Of a stretch of DNA of 64,000 nucleotides, positions 14,187 through 27,081 are shown piece after piece (within the stretch, counting starts at the first letter, position 1; the number at the start of each line of letters is the position of its first letter). The notes below the pieces were generated by a model. That model was not told where the DNA came from, searched no databases, and saw only the letters and a program-made list of their open reading frames with translations. Made by a program: the position numbers and the translations under genes. Origin of the DNA: Octopus sinensis (taxonomy: Eukaryota); assembly GCF_006345805.1 (NCBI RefSeq), contig NC_043002.1:26040001-26104000 (forward strand). Direction: 5' to 3'.

Positions 14187-14992
14187 ACTACTACTACTAC
14201 TACTATACTACTTGTATATGTATGGATGTATGTACGTACAAATATGTGAGTGAATATGTGCAAAATATATAAATTTTACACTATTCTGTGTGAGTTAGAC
14301 TTTCAACACAACATATATCAGTAAGGACATAAATGGTAAAAATTGTAAGGATATATGTAAAAAGTGTATTTTTGTGTATATATAAATAGTTATATGTATC
14401 ATATTAAAACCATATGCACTAACTTGTAGGAGGTTGTATGAAAGAATATGTATACGGGTTAGTGGTGGTGAAGATACCTATTAATATATTTTCCTAGTCA
14501 TTTCAAGAAAGAATACAAAAGCTAGATGGTAACAAATTAGCTTTGAATAGAAGTTTGTTCGAGTGTAAAATGGAGGTAGTCGTTTTGTCGCGAATGACAG
14601 AGTGTAATTTAGATTATTCAAAAATATAAAGAAACAGTTGATAAGTACAGAAATGGTCTGCCTTCATCACTTTAAACATTTTATTATTTCCAAACGCTTA
14701 ATTTTATTCTTCATTTTGTTTTGCATTTTCTTTTTTAAGACCTGAAAATGAAGAAAGAATTGCAATTTATAGTCAACCTGACCTCATTTCTTTTGCCTAT
14801 TTGTTTCTGTATTTCATATTTTGATAATAATTGTATTTCGTCTGCCATTATATCTATGAGTTTAGTTTTTATTTTGTGAGCTGCAGAAAATAACACACTA
14901 CTTTAGGCAGTTATTCTCACACTGAGTGAAATGAAAATAGAATCAAACAAAGGACTTATTTAAACAATCACCTGAGGATGGATGGTAAAAAA

Positions 14993-15045
<53 letters not shown>

Positions 15046-15048
<3 letters not shown>

Positions 15049-15245
15049 TTTATTTGTTTCAGTCATTAGACTTCGGCCATGCTGGAGCACCTCCTTTAGT
15101 CGAGCAAATCGACCTCAGGCCTTATTCTTTGCAAGCCTAGTACTTATTCTATCGGTCTCTTTTGCTTACGGGGACGTAAACACACCAGTATTGGCTGTCA
15201 AAGGATGGTGGGGACAGACACACAAACATATACACATCCATACAC
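15046..15245 (-). mobile_element. 3' half of SINE (family of 45684-46103)
   Basis: TTTGTTTCAGTCATT...CGGCCATGCTGGAGCAC...AGTACTTATTCTATCGGTCTCTTTTG is the reverse complement of the SINE 3' half. Confidence 0.88.
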
Positions 15246-16924
15246 ACACACGCACACACACACACACACACACCACACACAAACACACAAACACACACAC
15301 ATATAATACACGATTCTAAGAAGAATCGTGTGTAAACGTCGCTGAAAATTTCTTAGAAGACATGGCAGAAATTATTATTGACAGATTTCGAAACTCAAGT
15401 CGACATTTCACAAGATACGCAAGAATACCTAAACACAACAATAGTCAATAGATAGACACAGTATACATATCCTATCTACACATCCTTATAAAAGAATACT
15501 AAGACCGGTAATGTGCATACTGCTCTCATCAGTGGTATGATTTAATAATTAAATATTTATGCACAATACAACGTGTATTACAAATGAGGAATTCATCTAG
15601 ACAATTCTGTTCAGTTCTTTTTTGTGTGTAATTTAGATAGTGATTTGTTTTAAATTCTCTTGGTAGTCAGATGTACGGAGCGTATTTGTCTTCTTATCAA
15701 TGGCTAGCAAACCGGTAAAAAAAGGCAGGATGATATCCTTCATTTTCCCTTTGTGTGCCATGAGAATAACAACCTGTCTATATCTAGTTATTGTTTAAGA
15801 AACTATTATTTAAGAATACTGCATTTTACTAACTTTATATATGCATGTATACATGCACACACACACACACACACACGCACGCACGAACTTGAAATAGTAG
15901 AGATTAATATTTTATCTTGGTCGAGTCAATCTCTTACTAATCTGAGTTTCGCCAGTGGGTGCACCGAGTCTTCAGCCACGTCCCCCCACACACACACAAA
16001 CACCACACACACACACACACAAACACAACACACACACACAAACATCACACACACACAAATACATACATGAAACCAACTATATTATAGCATCTGATATATT
16101 CTAATAAAACTACACACACGCGCGTTCGCACACGCCGCACACATATATAAAAAACTGTAGTTCAACGACTAAGACCGGTAAAAGAATAGAAAAACAAAAT
16201 GAAAATATCTAAAGGAGTACTGAATAAATTATCTTAATATCAAACTTGGTTCTAGAAATAGCTTAGTTGTCGGGATTGAAACGAAAAATATTGACATTTG
16301 AAAGGATAAAGATTTAGCATCACACCACTTATAAATATATACAAAAGAAACATGTATTTCTATATGCTGGAGACATTTTACATTGTATGCTATCAATACT
16401 ATAATAATCAATTCTGTATTTTACCTCAAGCGCCAAAAATGACATTACAATAAATAATCAAATCTAACGTGCTCTGTTTACAAGCCAGCTGCAAGTTGTT
16501 GAGATCAATTACACAATGAAAACAAACAATACTGCTAAAGCCTTTTGCAAGCATAACCGTGTGGTTAAGAATTGCATTTCGTAACCGTGTCTTTTTCTGA
16601 TCAATAATTTTGTGTGATACTTGGGCAATTGTTATCGTCCATGATCTGATGCTGACAAATGCCGTGTGATTGAAATATGGTAGACTGATACTGAGAGAAA
16701 ACGCATTACGTATGTATGAATGTATGTATGTATGTCGATACATATACATATATATGTATATATATGTATATATGCATATAGATGTATACACTTATACACA
16801 CACAACATATATACATGTATATATGTATATATATGTATATATATGCATGGATATATATATATATATGTTTATAATTAGTTGTAAACATATGCATTTATAC
16901 ATATATATATTCTTTGGATGTATG

Positions 16925-16977
<53 letters not shown>

Positions 16978-17075
16978 GTGTGCTTTTGCGTGTGTTTTAT
17001 GAGAACAGAAAGCAAAACATCTCAATGATATTTCAGTTATTTCCTATATCTCTACAGACGTTTCATTTACTTAAC

Positions 17076-17475
17076 TTTTCTTTTCTTTTCCTAGTTTCAG
17101 TCATTTGGAGCACCAGCTTTAGTTGAACAAATCATCCGTAGGACTTATTCTTTGTATACCTGGCACTTATTCTATCGGAACCTTTGTAAAAGCACCAACA
17201 TCGGTTGTCAAATGATGGTGGTGGAGGGACAAACACAAACACACAAATACACACACACACACACACACACGCGCACAAATGTATATGTATATACATATAT
17301 ATGTATATATACGACGGGCTTCTTTCAGTTTCCGGCTACCAAACCCACTCACAAGGTTTTGGTCGGCCCGAGGCTATAGTAGTAGACACCTTCCCAAGGT
17401 GCCACTTGTGGGACCGAACCCGGAAACACGGTTGGGAAGCAAGCTTTTTTACCATACAGCCACACCTGTGCCTAT
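17076..17475 (-). mobile_element. Full-length tRNA-derived SINE with internal microsatellite (family of 45684-46103)
   Basis: Reverse complement aligns along the whole of 45684-46103, with small deletions. Confidence 0.88.
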
Positions 17476-17970
17476 AACTACGAGCATTATACATTTTCTA
17501 AGTATTACAAAAAATACATAATATATATTAATATGGCTAAATTAATTATACATTAAATAGGTATTAATTTTGTACTATCAGATTGATGGGGTTTGAACTT
17601 ATGACAGTGAAAAATCTGTGGAGGACTGTATATATGTATATAGGAGTAAATGTAAGGATAAGCAAGTTAAGTAAGTCGATATACAAAAACTATTGAATAC
17701 ATTTAATACAAAAAAAAAAAATGGATACATATACACAGAATGGAAATGATATCTCCCTTAATTTCTAACATCATTTCCATTCTGCGTAAGTCTGATTTTT
17801 TTTAATATGTATACATTTGTACATTTTTTGTATTAAATGTATTTAATACTTTTTGTATATCGACTTGCCTAATTTGTTTTTCTTACATTCACTTCTCTAC
17901 TTTCACAAGTTCCAATCTCACGAGCACTACGAAGCGTATTCTGCACAGAGAATACCCGTCTCTCACCGAA

Positions 17971-17971
<1 letters not shown>

Positions 17972-18052
<81 letters not shown>

Positions 18053-18277
18053 ATATCTATCTATATCTATCTATCTATATCTATCTATCTATATCTATCT
18101 GTCTATCTATCTATATCTATCTATCTATATCTATCTATCTATATCTATCTATCTATATCTATCTATCTATATCTATCTATCTATCTATATCTATCTATCT
18201 ATATCTATCTATATCTATCTCTCTCTCTCTCTATCTCTCTATCTCTCTCTCTCTATCTCTCTCTCTCTATATATATA

Positions 18278-18345
<68 letters not shown>

Positions 18346-18398
18346 ATATCTATCTATATCTATCTATCTATCTATCTATATATATCTATCTATCTATA
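17972..18398. repeat. (ATCT)n/(CT)n/(TA)n compound microsatellite
   Basis: Direct reading. Confidence 0.95.
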
Positions 18399-18908
18399 TC
18401 TATATATATAAAACTCTAGTTGTGTGAGTGTCTGTCCCCTTCGATTTAGATTCCTAATTCCTCCCACATTTTGCGGTGCAGTTTAACCAAATTCGTGTAT
18501 CTTATAGTCGTGATTCATATCGAGCCCGTCTGGCTATTAGCGCGCGTCAACGATGAGTCTACGATTTTAAAAATAATTTAACATCATTTTTTATTCCATT
18601 TTAATGCATAATTTTTCGTGTGTCGATGGCGGCGGTGTTAGCGTCCACGCTCACAGCTGCACCTGTTTGCTTCTCCCCCTTCCCTCCCTCGTGAAGCTGT
18701 GGGGAAGGGAGTGTAAAGAAATTAACGTCGTAAAGCGTTGTCAAGGAGACCAGCGTTCTTTTAGAACAACGACTTCATGGCTTGAAGACACCAAAACAGA
18801 AATGGCTAAAAAAGCCCGAATTGGCATCTATAAGGGAAGTAACTCTCTAAAAATGCTTATATAGTTATTTCCCTTACAAACCCGAGCAACGCCGGGCGAT
18901 ACTGCCAG
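18399..18908 (+). mobile_element. Complete non-autonomous Helitron (~510 bp)
   Basis: A|TC 5' end (TCTATATATATAAAAC), subterminal hairpin CCCGAGCAACGCCGGG (18881-18896), 3' end CCAG|T (CTAG variant), no TSD. This is the canonical Helitron signature. Confidence 0.8.
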
Positions 18909-19036
18909 TATATATATATCTATATCTATCTATATCTATATATCTATTTATCTATATATATATATATATCTATATCTATATATCTATTTATCTATATATA
19001 TATATATATATCTATCTATATCTATATATCTATTTA

Positions 19037-19099
<63 letters not shown>

Positions 19100-19109
19100 A
19101 TATATATAT

Positions 19110-19179
<70 letters not shown>

Positions 19180-20262
19180 CTTATAGCCATACACCCACAA
19201 TACTCTTACTCTGTTTAGACCGTCTCCTCCTTATCATTCTCACACACACACATATAAGAGAACTGTCGGAAGTGGGAAGATCTATTATTATAGATAATAG
19301 TGTTTAGGAAGAGTCTCTTTGTAGCCGACATATTGGAAAGACGTTAGGCTGTAAATAACATCATTGGATCATAGGATGCATGTATCTCGGCCTATGTTTG
19401 CGCCGTCAGGTACCAACGCCAAATCTGATCTTCACAATCCGTAACAACAATTCGTTCATATTAGAACAGCAAATGGTATAATTGCTGATGTACCTAAGTC
19501 TTCGTAGCTAGAATTAAATAAAACTGCACGAAGCACCGTTGAATAAAATACATTCGTGTAATATAATTTTTAATACATTCGCGTATAGTTGAACGTAAGA
19601 AGTCCTGTAGTTGCAGTTTTATTGAAGAATTGTTCTTACGGCTATCCGAAGAGCAGATTTAGTTCTCAAAGATGACGAAGCGAAAGCAGGCAGAAACTAA
19701 TGCATTCTACAATCCATTGACATCACTTATAGTCCAGTGTGTTTTCACACAAGTTGTCGAAGGAGAATTTTCTCCTTAAGTTAATTCACATGTGCAAATG
19801 TACTCAAACTCGTTAAATATAATTTTATACGAATAAATCTTATTCAACGCTAGTTTTGTGCGATTCTATTTATGTAATTCTAGCATGATTGAGCTTTAAG
19901 TAGATCAGCAAACGTCCCGTTCTCATAAGAACAAAGCTTTCTTATCGGGCTGGGAAAAGCTGGTTTGCTGCACGTAGCTGAAGATGCAAAAGTATGCGTA
20001 CGTTTCCTCAAGATCGAATGATTTTACAGGAATATATATTATCCAACACTGCTTTTTGCAACATATTACATGCACAGACACAGACACACACACACACACA
20101 CACACACACGCCTTTCAAGATTCTTTCTACGAGACAACGAAAATTTAAGTCGCACAGAGCTGGGTCAAACTGTTATTAAATAATATATCTAACTCCAAAA
20201 AATGCGTCTAGTCCACATCTTTCGTTTGTCCACTAACTTGTATATATAATATATATTATATA

Positions 20263-20307
<45 letters not shown>

Positions 20308-21172
20308 ATATATATACATATGTGTGTGTGTGTCTGTCTGTCTGTCTGTCTGTGTGTGTGTGTAGGGAAAAGCAAAGAGAAGAAAATGGAGAGTAAATGG
20401 ATGTAATTACTGATTTAATTGTAGAAAGATGGCGTCTTTTAAAAAGAACATTGCAAATAAAAAAAATAGAAGTTGAAAGCTCAAAAAAGTTAAGAAAACG
20501 CAAGAGGAACCTACACACGTGTTTCTGTCAAACCAATAATTTGATAGGAATCTCCTAAACATGTTGTTTAATGTCAAGGAAATTACCATGCTTGTCATGA
20601 ATCACATCGGCTACCTTTTAAGATAATTTCCATCCATCCTACACCATATTAATTTTGTTTCAATATCCCAGTACTTCATTCATCATTTTATCTTTCCATT
20701 TATTTATTCAATTCTAAATTCATAGATAAAAGTGATACGTTCCTCATGAAGTCCGGTGCATGTGTCATATGGTTCATCTTTTTTGACATCCTAAATAATT
20801 ATATACGTGCATCTATGAATTAAAAAAAAAATCTCTGTTTTTACTTGTTTGTTTTCCTATGATGCATGTTACGATCCAAATTTTTCTATACGGAGCACAC
20901 GTGAAACACCCTTAGACATTATTTATATTTACTACATTAACAATTCACAACTTGCAATCCCCTTTTTATTTCTGGACCCAACACATTTTATTAAAAAATT
21001 GTCTAATTAAAATCCTAATTGGTTGCGTACGTAATAGACCTTAACTTTCGTTACTTTATACATCCAAAAAGCCTGTGCGCACCGACATTTTGTTTTTACA
21101 AAATATAAGTAATCTAATCACTGTTTTCTTCTCCATATTATTCTTAATTTTCCTTCTCTATCGTTTTTTTAG

Positions 21173-21285
21173 AGGAAGATATCTGCTGAAAATATCTTCC
21201 TTATACTCTAAGGAAGGTATCTGCTGAACGTATCTTCCTTATACTACAAGGAAGATATCTGCAGAACATATCTTCCTTATACTAA
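21173..21285. repeat. 38-bp x3 minisatellite; each unit is an internal inverted repeat
   Basis: Unit AGGAAGATAT-CTGCTGAAA-ATATCTTCCT-TATACTCTA, repeated three times with few changes. Confidence 0.92.
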
Positions 21286-21736
21286 TTTCTTAACGGGAAC
21301 CTCAATATATCCTCATCCTATTTTCTTACTGTTTAGCGCTATTAACATAACATCTATTTCTATTTCTATGAGACCCGCGTACAACAAACTTAAATATAAG
21401 TAATTTATTAACAACCGTATTCTTCTTGTTTCCTCTATCTTTGGTTAATCTGTCCTCCACAGGTCTTCCTACATTTAGTATTACTAGTATCAAACCAAAT
21501 ATGATTTTTAAGCATCTACTATTTCACTTAGCCTCAGAATCTACCTGTAAATTAAATACCTATTAGGACCCCCCTCCTTGTTTTCCCTATAAACCCCCTT
21601 TCCGCTATATTTTGTCCATTTTTTGTATTTTCTGTATCCATATCCCTACGCCTGCATATACTTTTTTTTTATATGTGCATACATGTGTTTATGTTTCTGG
21701 TTTATGTTTATGTATACGCATACATCTATGTGCTCA

Positions 21737-21810
<74 letters not shown>

Positions 21811-22295
21811 TTTTACTTTCTGCATGTATATCCTCAATTAGAATACGTATGAGCCACTATAGACTTGACATTTCCTATCCTATTCTCGTTAACCTCTCAA
21901 CTGCGTTCAAATATGCACCTACATACTTTAATCAATAACGGTCGATAAGTAAGACCCATTACAACGGCTTTTTTTCATATTTCTATCCATCCTGAATCAT
22001 GGCAACATAGGTATCTCTCACTAAACCAATAAGAATCATCCATAAAATACTTTAAATTTGTTGTAAATTACATTACTTTTTATATTTTCGTTCTTATTTC
22101 ACTTTATTTCATGTCTCAATGTTCTAACTGTCACCATTTCAATTTATTATAATATAATCATATTTGTTACTTTTGCATACTTTTAACTTTAACCTGCTAA
22201 CATTACACCCTTCTCTCAAAAGATACTACCGTCACCTTAAGTGCAGTGATATATATATATATATATATAATATATATTATATATATATAATATAT

Positions 22296-22340
<45 letters not shown>

Positions 22341-22503
22341 GTGTTCCCTTCTGTTAAAGTGCGCAAGCTCGAAACGTAAAAGATATTCACACTTCCCCGA
22401 GCGTTAAACAAATACACCTGTTTGTTGTTTATATATCTGACTTCTTTATATATCTGCCTTTATATACCTAACTTCGTCTTTTGTTTTTCTGTAAATTTCA
22501 ACT
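22341..22503 (+). mobile_element. PLE-terminus-like unit with hammerhead-like motif
   Basis: CCCTT CTGTTAA AGTGC GCAA GCTC GAAA CGTA AAAGA...; homologous to 7955-8090. Confidence 0.7.
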
Positions 22504-22667
22504 ATACATTGCACGCGCACGTGTTCGCACCAGTCTTATCCTGCTTTAACCTCCTACACTTCGGACTTCTATCTGAACTTTTGCTTTTTCCTATTGTTTT
22601 TTCTTACTCTACTTTTTTTCTTAATCTGTTTTGTCTCTCCCTCTCCCTTTCTTTTTCCTTTTCGACC

Positions 22668-22770
22668 CTTCTTCTTCTTCTTCTTCTTCTTCTTCTTCTT
22701 CTTCTTCTTCTTCTTCTCCTTTTTCTCCTCCTCCTCCTCCTCCTCTTCATCCTCCTCCTCCTTCTCCTCC
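22668..22770. repeat. (CTT)n/(CCT)n microsatellite
   Basis: Direct reading. Confidence 0.95.
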
Positions 22771-22845
22771 TCTTTTTCTCTCCGTTTCTTTCTTTTTTCT
22801 TCTTTCTCTTCTTATTTAAAAAAAATTTTCTTCTGCCTTTTGTAT

Positions 22846-22920
22846 TTTTTCTCACGCCTTTTGCATTTTTCTCCTCACGCCTTTTGAATCTTTCTCCTCA
22901 CGCCTTTTGAATTTCTTTTC
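22846..22920. repeat. ~24-bp tandem repeat (CTCACGCCTTTTG core) x3
   Basis: Direct reading. Confidence 0.8.
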
Positions 22921-23084
22921 ATGTTTTATACTTCGTACGTCATTACTTTGCATTTCTCTCACCACTTTTCTCCTTTTTGAATCCTGCTCGATTACAAACC
23001 TTTCCTCCTCCACCGCCTTAAAAAACCTTTCCACATCTCCTTTCCACGGATTTCAGCCTTCTTTCCCTATTAATTAAAAATGTA

Positions 23085-23180
23085 AAAATCTTTCTCACCA
23101 TTCCTGAGCGTTAAACTAATACACCTGTTTGTCGTTCATACACCTGACTTCGTCTTTTATTTTTCTGTAAATTCCAGCTA
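23085..23180 (+). mobile_element. 3' part of PLE-terminus-like unit (no HHR core)
   Basis: CCTGAGCGTTAAACTAATACACCTGTTTGT...CTTCGTCTTTT...GTAAATTCCAGCTATATA matches the unit family. Confidence 0.7.
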
Positions 23181-23234
23181 TATATATAGGAGAGTATTGT
23201 AGTTAGCTTGAAGCATTGTGTATTGTTTGTGAAA

Positions 23235-23852
23235 TATAGCGTATCTTGAATGGCAAAACAGTGCAGAGTGGACTATAATATCTACTATAATTTAATTATC
23301 CATTGTCTGATATAATATTTCGGAATATAAAATTTCCTTCTTCAGATATCGCTAGGAATTGATCAAGTTACTGCTATAATCGGTTTTCTAACGGTTACTG
23401 AATTGTTTTTCCGGAAGCGCCTCTGCAGTGGTCTCACGAAGCTCCTTCCGGTATTCCTCATGAAAAGTGCGTGAAGGCGGCCATATTTCAAGCTTGTGTG
23501 TGTTGGTCCATCCACAGCGCTGCAAGTTATGAATTTACGAGCATTTCTTTTTATATTGCATAACTTGGAAGCAGCGATACGGATGTGCCAACACACATGA
23601 GATTGAGACATGGCCTCCCTCACACACTTCCCATAAGAATTCCGGAAGGAGATTCGTGAGACCACTAAAGAGATGCTTCAGGAAAAAAAATTCAGTAACC
23701 GTTGGAAAACCGATTATAGCAGTAACTTGATAATTCCTAGCGACATCTGAAGAAGAAATTTTTATATTCCAAAATATTATATCAGATTATGGATAACTAT
23801 TTTATATATTATAGAACATTCTGCATTTTTGTGGCATTCAAGACACGTTACA
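23235..23852. mobile_element. Foldback/MITE-like element with ~255-bp inverted arms
   Basis: 23235-~23492 is the degenerate reverse complement of ~23608-23852 (e.g. TCAAGTTACTGCTATAATCGGTTTTC vs GAAAACCGATTATAGCAGTAACTTGA). Right end ...CGTTACA. Confidence 0.85.
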
Positions 23853-24288
23853 CACTCACAGACACACATATATACATATGTATATGTACAAGCATATGTA
23901 CTCGCGCATACGTACATAGTACACTGACGTACAGGCATATGTACATAAATACAACTTTCTAACTGTTTCTACATCAGGATAGCAAGCTATAACAAATGTT
24001 TTGGTATATATTCTAGTTTATACATCAGTATGCTAAACATGATAGTACATCGGTGTATGTGTGTGTGTGTAAGTGCGTTTGTGTGTGTACGTGCATGTAT
24101 AAGTGTGCATGTCTATTCAGTTGTATATTTATCACCGTGACAAACTACTAATCAGTAAGGTCATCGGTGTATCCATATATCTGTCAAATGGTAGATTCAA
24201 TTAAGTCTTTCAGTTGGTGTACTGTGTGTGTGTATTTCATGCGTGTATATATATATACCTGTATATATATATATATATATAATATATA

Positions 24289-24378
<90 letters not shown>

Positions 24379-24381
<3 letters not shown>

Positions 24382-24502
24382 CGCTTGGCTAAGTGGTTAG
24401 AGCGTCGAGTCTACGATCGTGAGGTTGTGAGTTCGAATCCCAGACCGGGCTGCGTGTTGTGTTCTTGAGCAAGAAACTTTATATCACATTGCTCCACTTC
24501 AC
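24379..24502 (+). mobile_element. 5' part of tRNA-derived SINE
   Basis: A box TGGCTAAGTGG, B box GTTCGAATCCC, then the SINE body GTGTTCTTGAGCAAG; not a complete tRNA cloverleaf. Confidence 0.85.
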
Positions 24503-24599
24503 GTAGTAAAGTTAAGGTAGCTATTAAAAATTGAAACCCATCATTGACTCTTAGGACACCCTGTATACGCATATAGACACGCATAGATATTTATATGCA

Positions 24600-24777
24600 T
24601 ATATTATATATATAACTATATATATATAAATAACTATATATAACAATATATATATATATAATATATATATATATATAATATATAATATATATATATATAA
24701 ATAACTATATATAACAATATATATATATATATATAACTATATATATAACTATATATATATATATATAACTATATATA

Positions 24778-24819
<42 letters not shown>

Positions 24820-24840
24820 ACTACATATATAACTATATAT
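24600..24840. repeat. TA-derived minisatellite (ATAACTATATAT-type units)
   Basis: Direct reading. Confidence 0.8.
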
Positions 24841-25169
24841 ATATGTGCCGTGTGTATGTGTGTACGCGCGAGTATGTCTGTGTGCACGCGTTTACTAATG
24901 GTGTTGGCTTTTTATGGTTTAGTTTTATGTTTAGAATTTTTATGGATTATTTTTCTTCTACTTTTCGTTGTTGATCATTTTCGCCTTTTATTAATCTTTC
25001 AACACCCTTAATAAGGGCAATTTCTTCGATACGTATTAGTGTAAAACACGTATGTTTGAAAAGCTGAAGACCAAAAGCACCATTCTGCTTCCTGAATTAA
25101 AAAAATCTTTCTTTAAGTATTGTTACTGAATCAAGTACTTTTTACAAAAGCTTTATACATACATACATA

Positions 25170-25227
<58 letters not shown>

Positions 25228-26372
25228 ATATATTATATATATATATATATAAAAATATATATATATAATAACAATATTAGGGAATAATCCAAACTTACAG
25301 GGAAAAATTAGATTTAGGATTAAATCCAATCTTATAGTATAAATATATTATATTATATTATATTAAATTAGAGATAAAACCACTATTAGGCAAATCAAAC
25401 AGTGAAAAACATAAGCCAATACATAATATTAATTTTAAAATATAAAAGTTAAAAATAAAAAATTATTTAAATAATTTAAACTTATAAATATTATATAAAT
25501 ATATACAAATATATATATGTATGTATATTTTTTATATTTATATATATTAATTAATTAATTAATTAATTATTTATGTATTTATTTATTTATTTATTATTTT
25601 TTTATAAATATCAAAAGTATTAAAAGTTTAATAAAAGATAAAGAGTAAATATATATATATATATAATATATATATATTATATATTATATATATATATATT
25701 TATATGTATGTATATAAATATATATATATTGCACTTGATTTGTTTTTGAGGCAAGCGTTTCCTTGCTGAACTTAAAACTAAAGGCAGCTAATAGGTGTTA
25801 TAAAATACTGTAATGTGCTTCTTTTTGTAATTTAAACACTTCAAACGTTAGACTGCCAGCAAATGAGAAAGTAAAATAGTAAAATATTGTAGAAAATGAT
25901 GACAATCGTAGATGAAACCTATTGAAACTTATTGTGGACGTATATATTACAATTCTTTTCATCTTTAAATTTAAGTATAATACTTCAAAATATATACTCT
26001 TAACGACTACTCATCAGACATTTAGATATTTAACTGAAATACCTATACCTCTAGCATTAATAGCAAATACGGACATCGATACTATTTAATTGACATGACT
26101 GTTAAAATGTTTTATTTTCATTCCTCTATGAAGATATTATCAGTAAATGATGTATGCAGTAAACACTAAACAAGTACACTAACTTTACATTTACGAGAGT
26201 AACGGAGCTACGTAACAGAGAACTGAAAAGCAACGCCAGCAACTCATATAATACTTTTTGACGGCTGTGAACCATTAATGCTATACAGAGACCGCTTACA
26301 TTATATAATGTACACAAAAACCATCTGCCATTGAAACACAAACATGCTCATAAAGGGAGCGATGAAGAGATA

Positions 26373-26409
<37 letters not shown>

Positions 26410-26603
26410 GAGGGGGAGAGAGAGAAAGAGGGTTCTTGCATAAATGTACAAATAACTATTGATGCTAAGAATTGAGTAATAAATATTCAATGAAGCTGAA
26501 TAAATTTTCCCGCTTTATATATGCATACTTTCCTCGCCACATACATGGTGATAATTTCTGTTTTGTTTTCATGTACACATATGAAGGCATTTGCCAGAAA
26601 CAA

Positions 26604-26690
<87 letters not shown>

Positions 26691-27081
26691 CTGAATGTAT
26701 GTATATTGCTAAATAACACAGAAGCGTATGCAACCATGACTTCAAAGCCAAAAATGTCTAGGAAAATTTTTGTTGACGCTATTCCGCAGCAAAAGGTCTT
26801 TTCTCATCCAAGTGTACTCTAGCATGTTAAATATGACTTTACCTGAACGAGTATACACACACATGCGCCTACACGGAAGCACCCACAGAAACAGAGAGAG
26901 AGAGTCAGAGAAAGCGATAGCATGCTAAAGAATCTTTTTTCATTTTTCATTTTTATGAAATATATATATTAGTCTGAGTTCTTTGTAACATATGTTATTT
27001 GTAAATTATTGCAACAACTCTCATTTATCATTCCTTATTTCTTTCTGTCTTACTTTCTTTACCTTTCTCGTTGTGTATATA

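Noticed and set aside
19500-19655. Possible foldback (AATAAAACTGCA / TGCAGTTTTATT)
   Set aside because: Only ~12 bp pair well; the remainder is too degenerate to support.
21173-21285. CRISPR-like array
   Set aside because: Linkers are 9 nt and nearly identical, so they are not spacers; no cas genes; eukaryotic context.
22422-23034. Poly-Leu/Arg/Ser and K/R/E-rich ORFs
   Set aside because: Translations of (CTT)n/(CCT)n and a short tandem repeat.
24379-24455. tRNA gene
   Set aside because: A/B boxes are present but no complete acceptor stem, and it continues into the SINE body. The same applies to the other SINE heads and to ~28720-28800.
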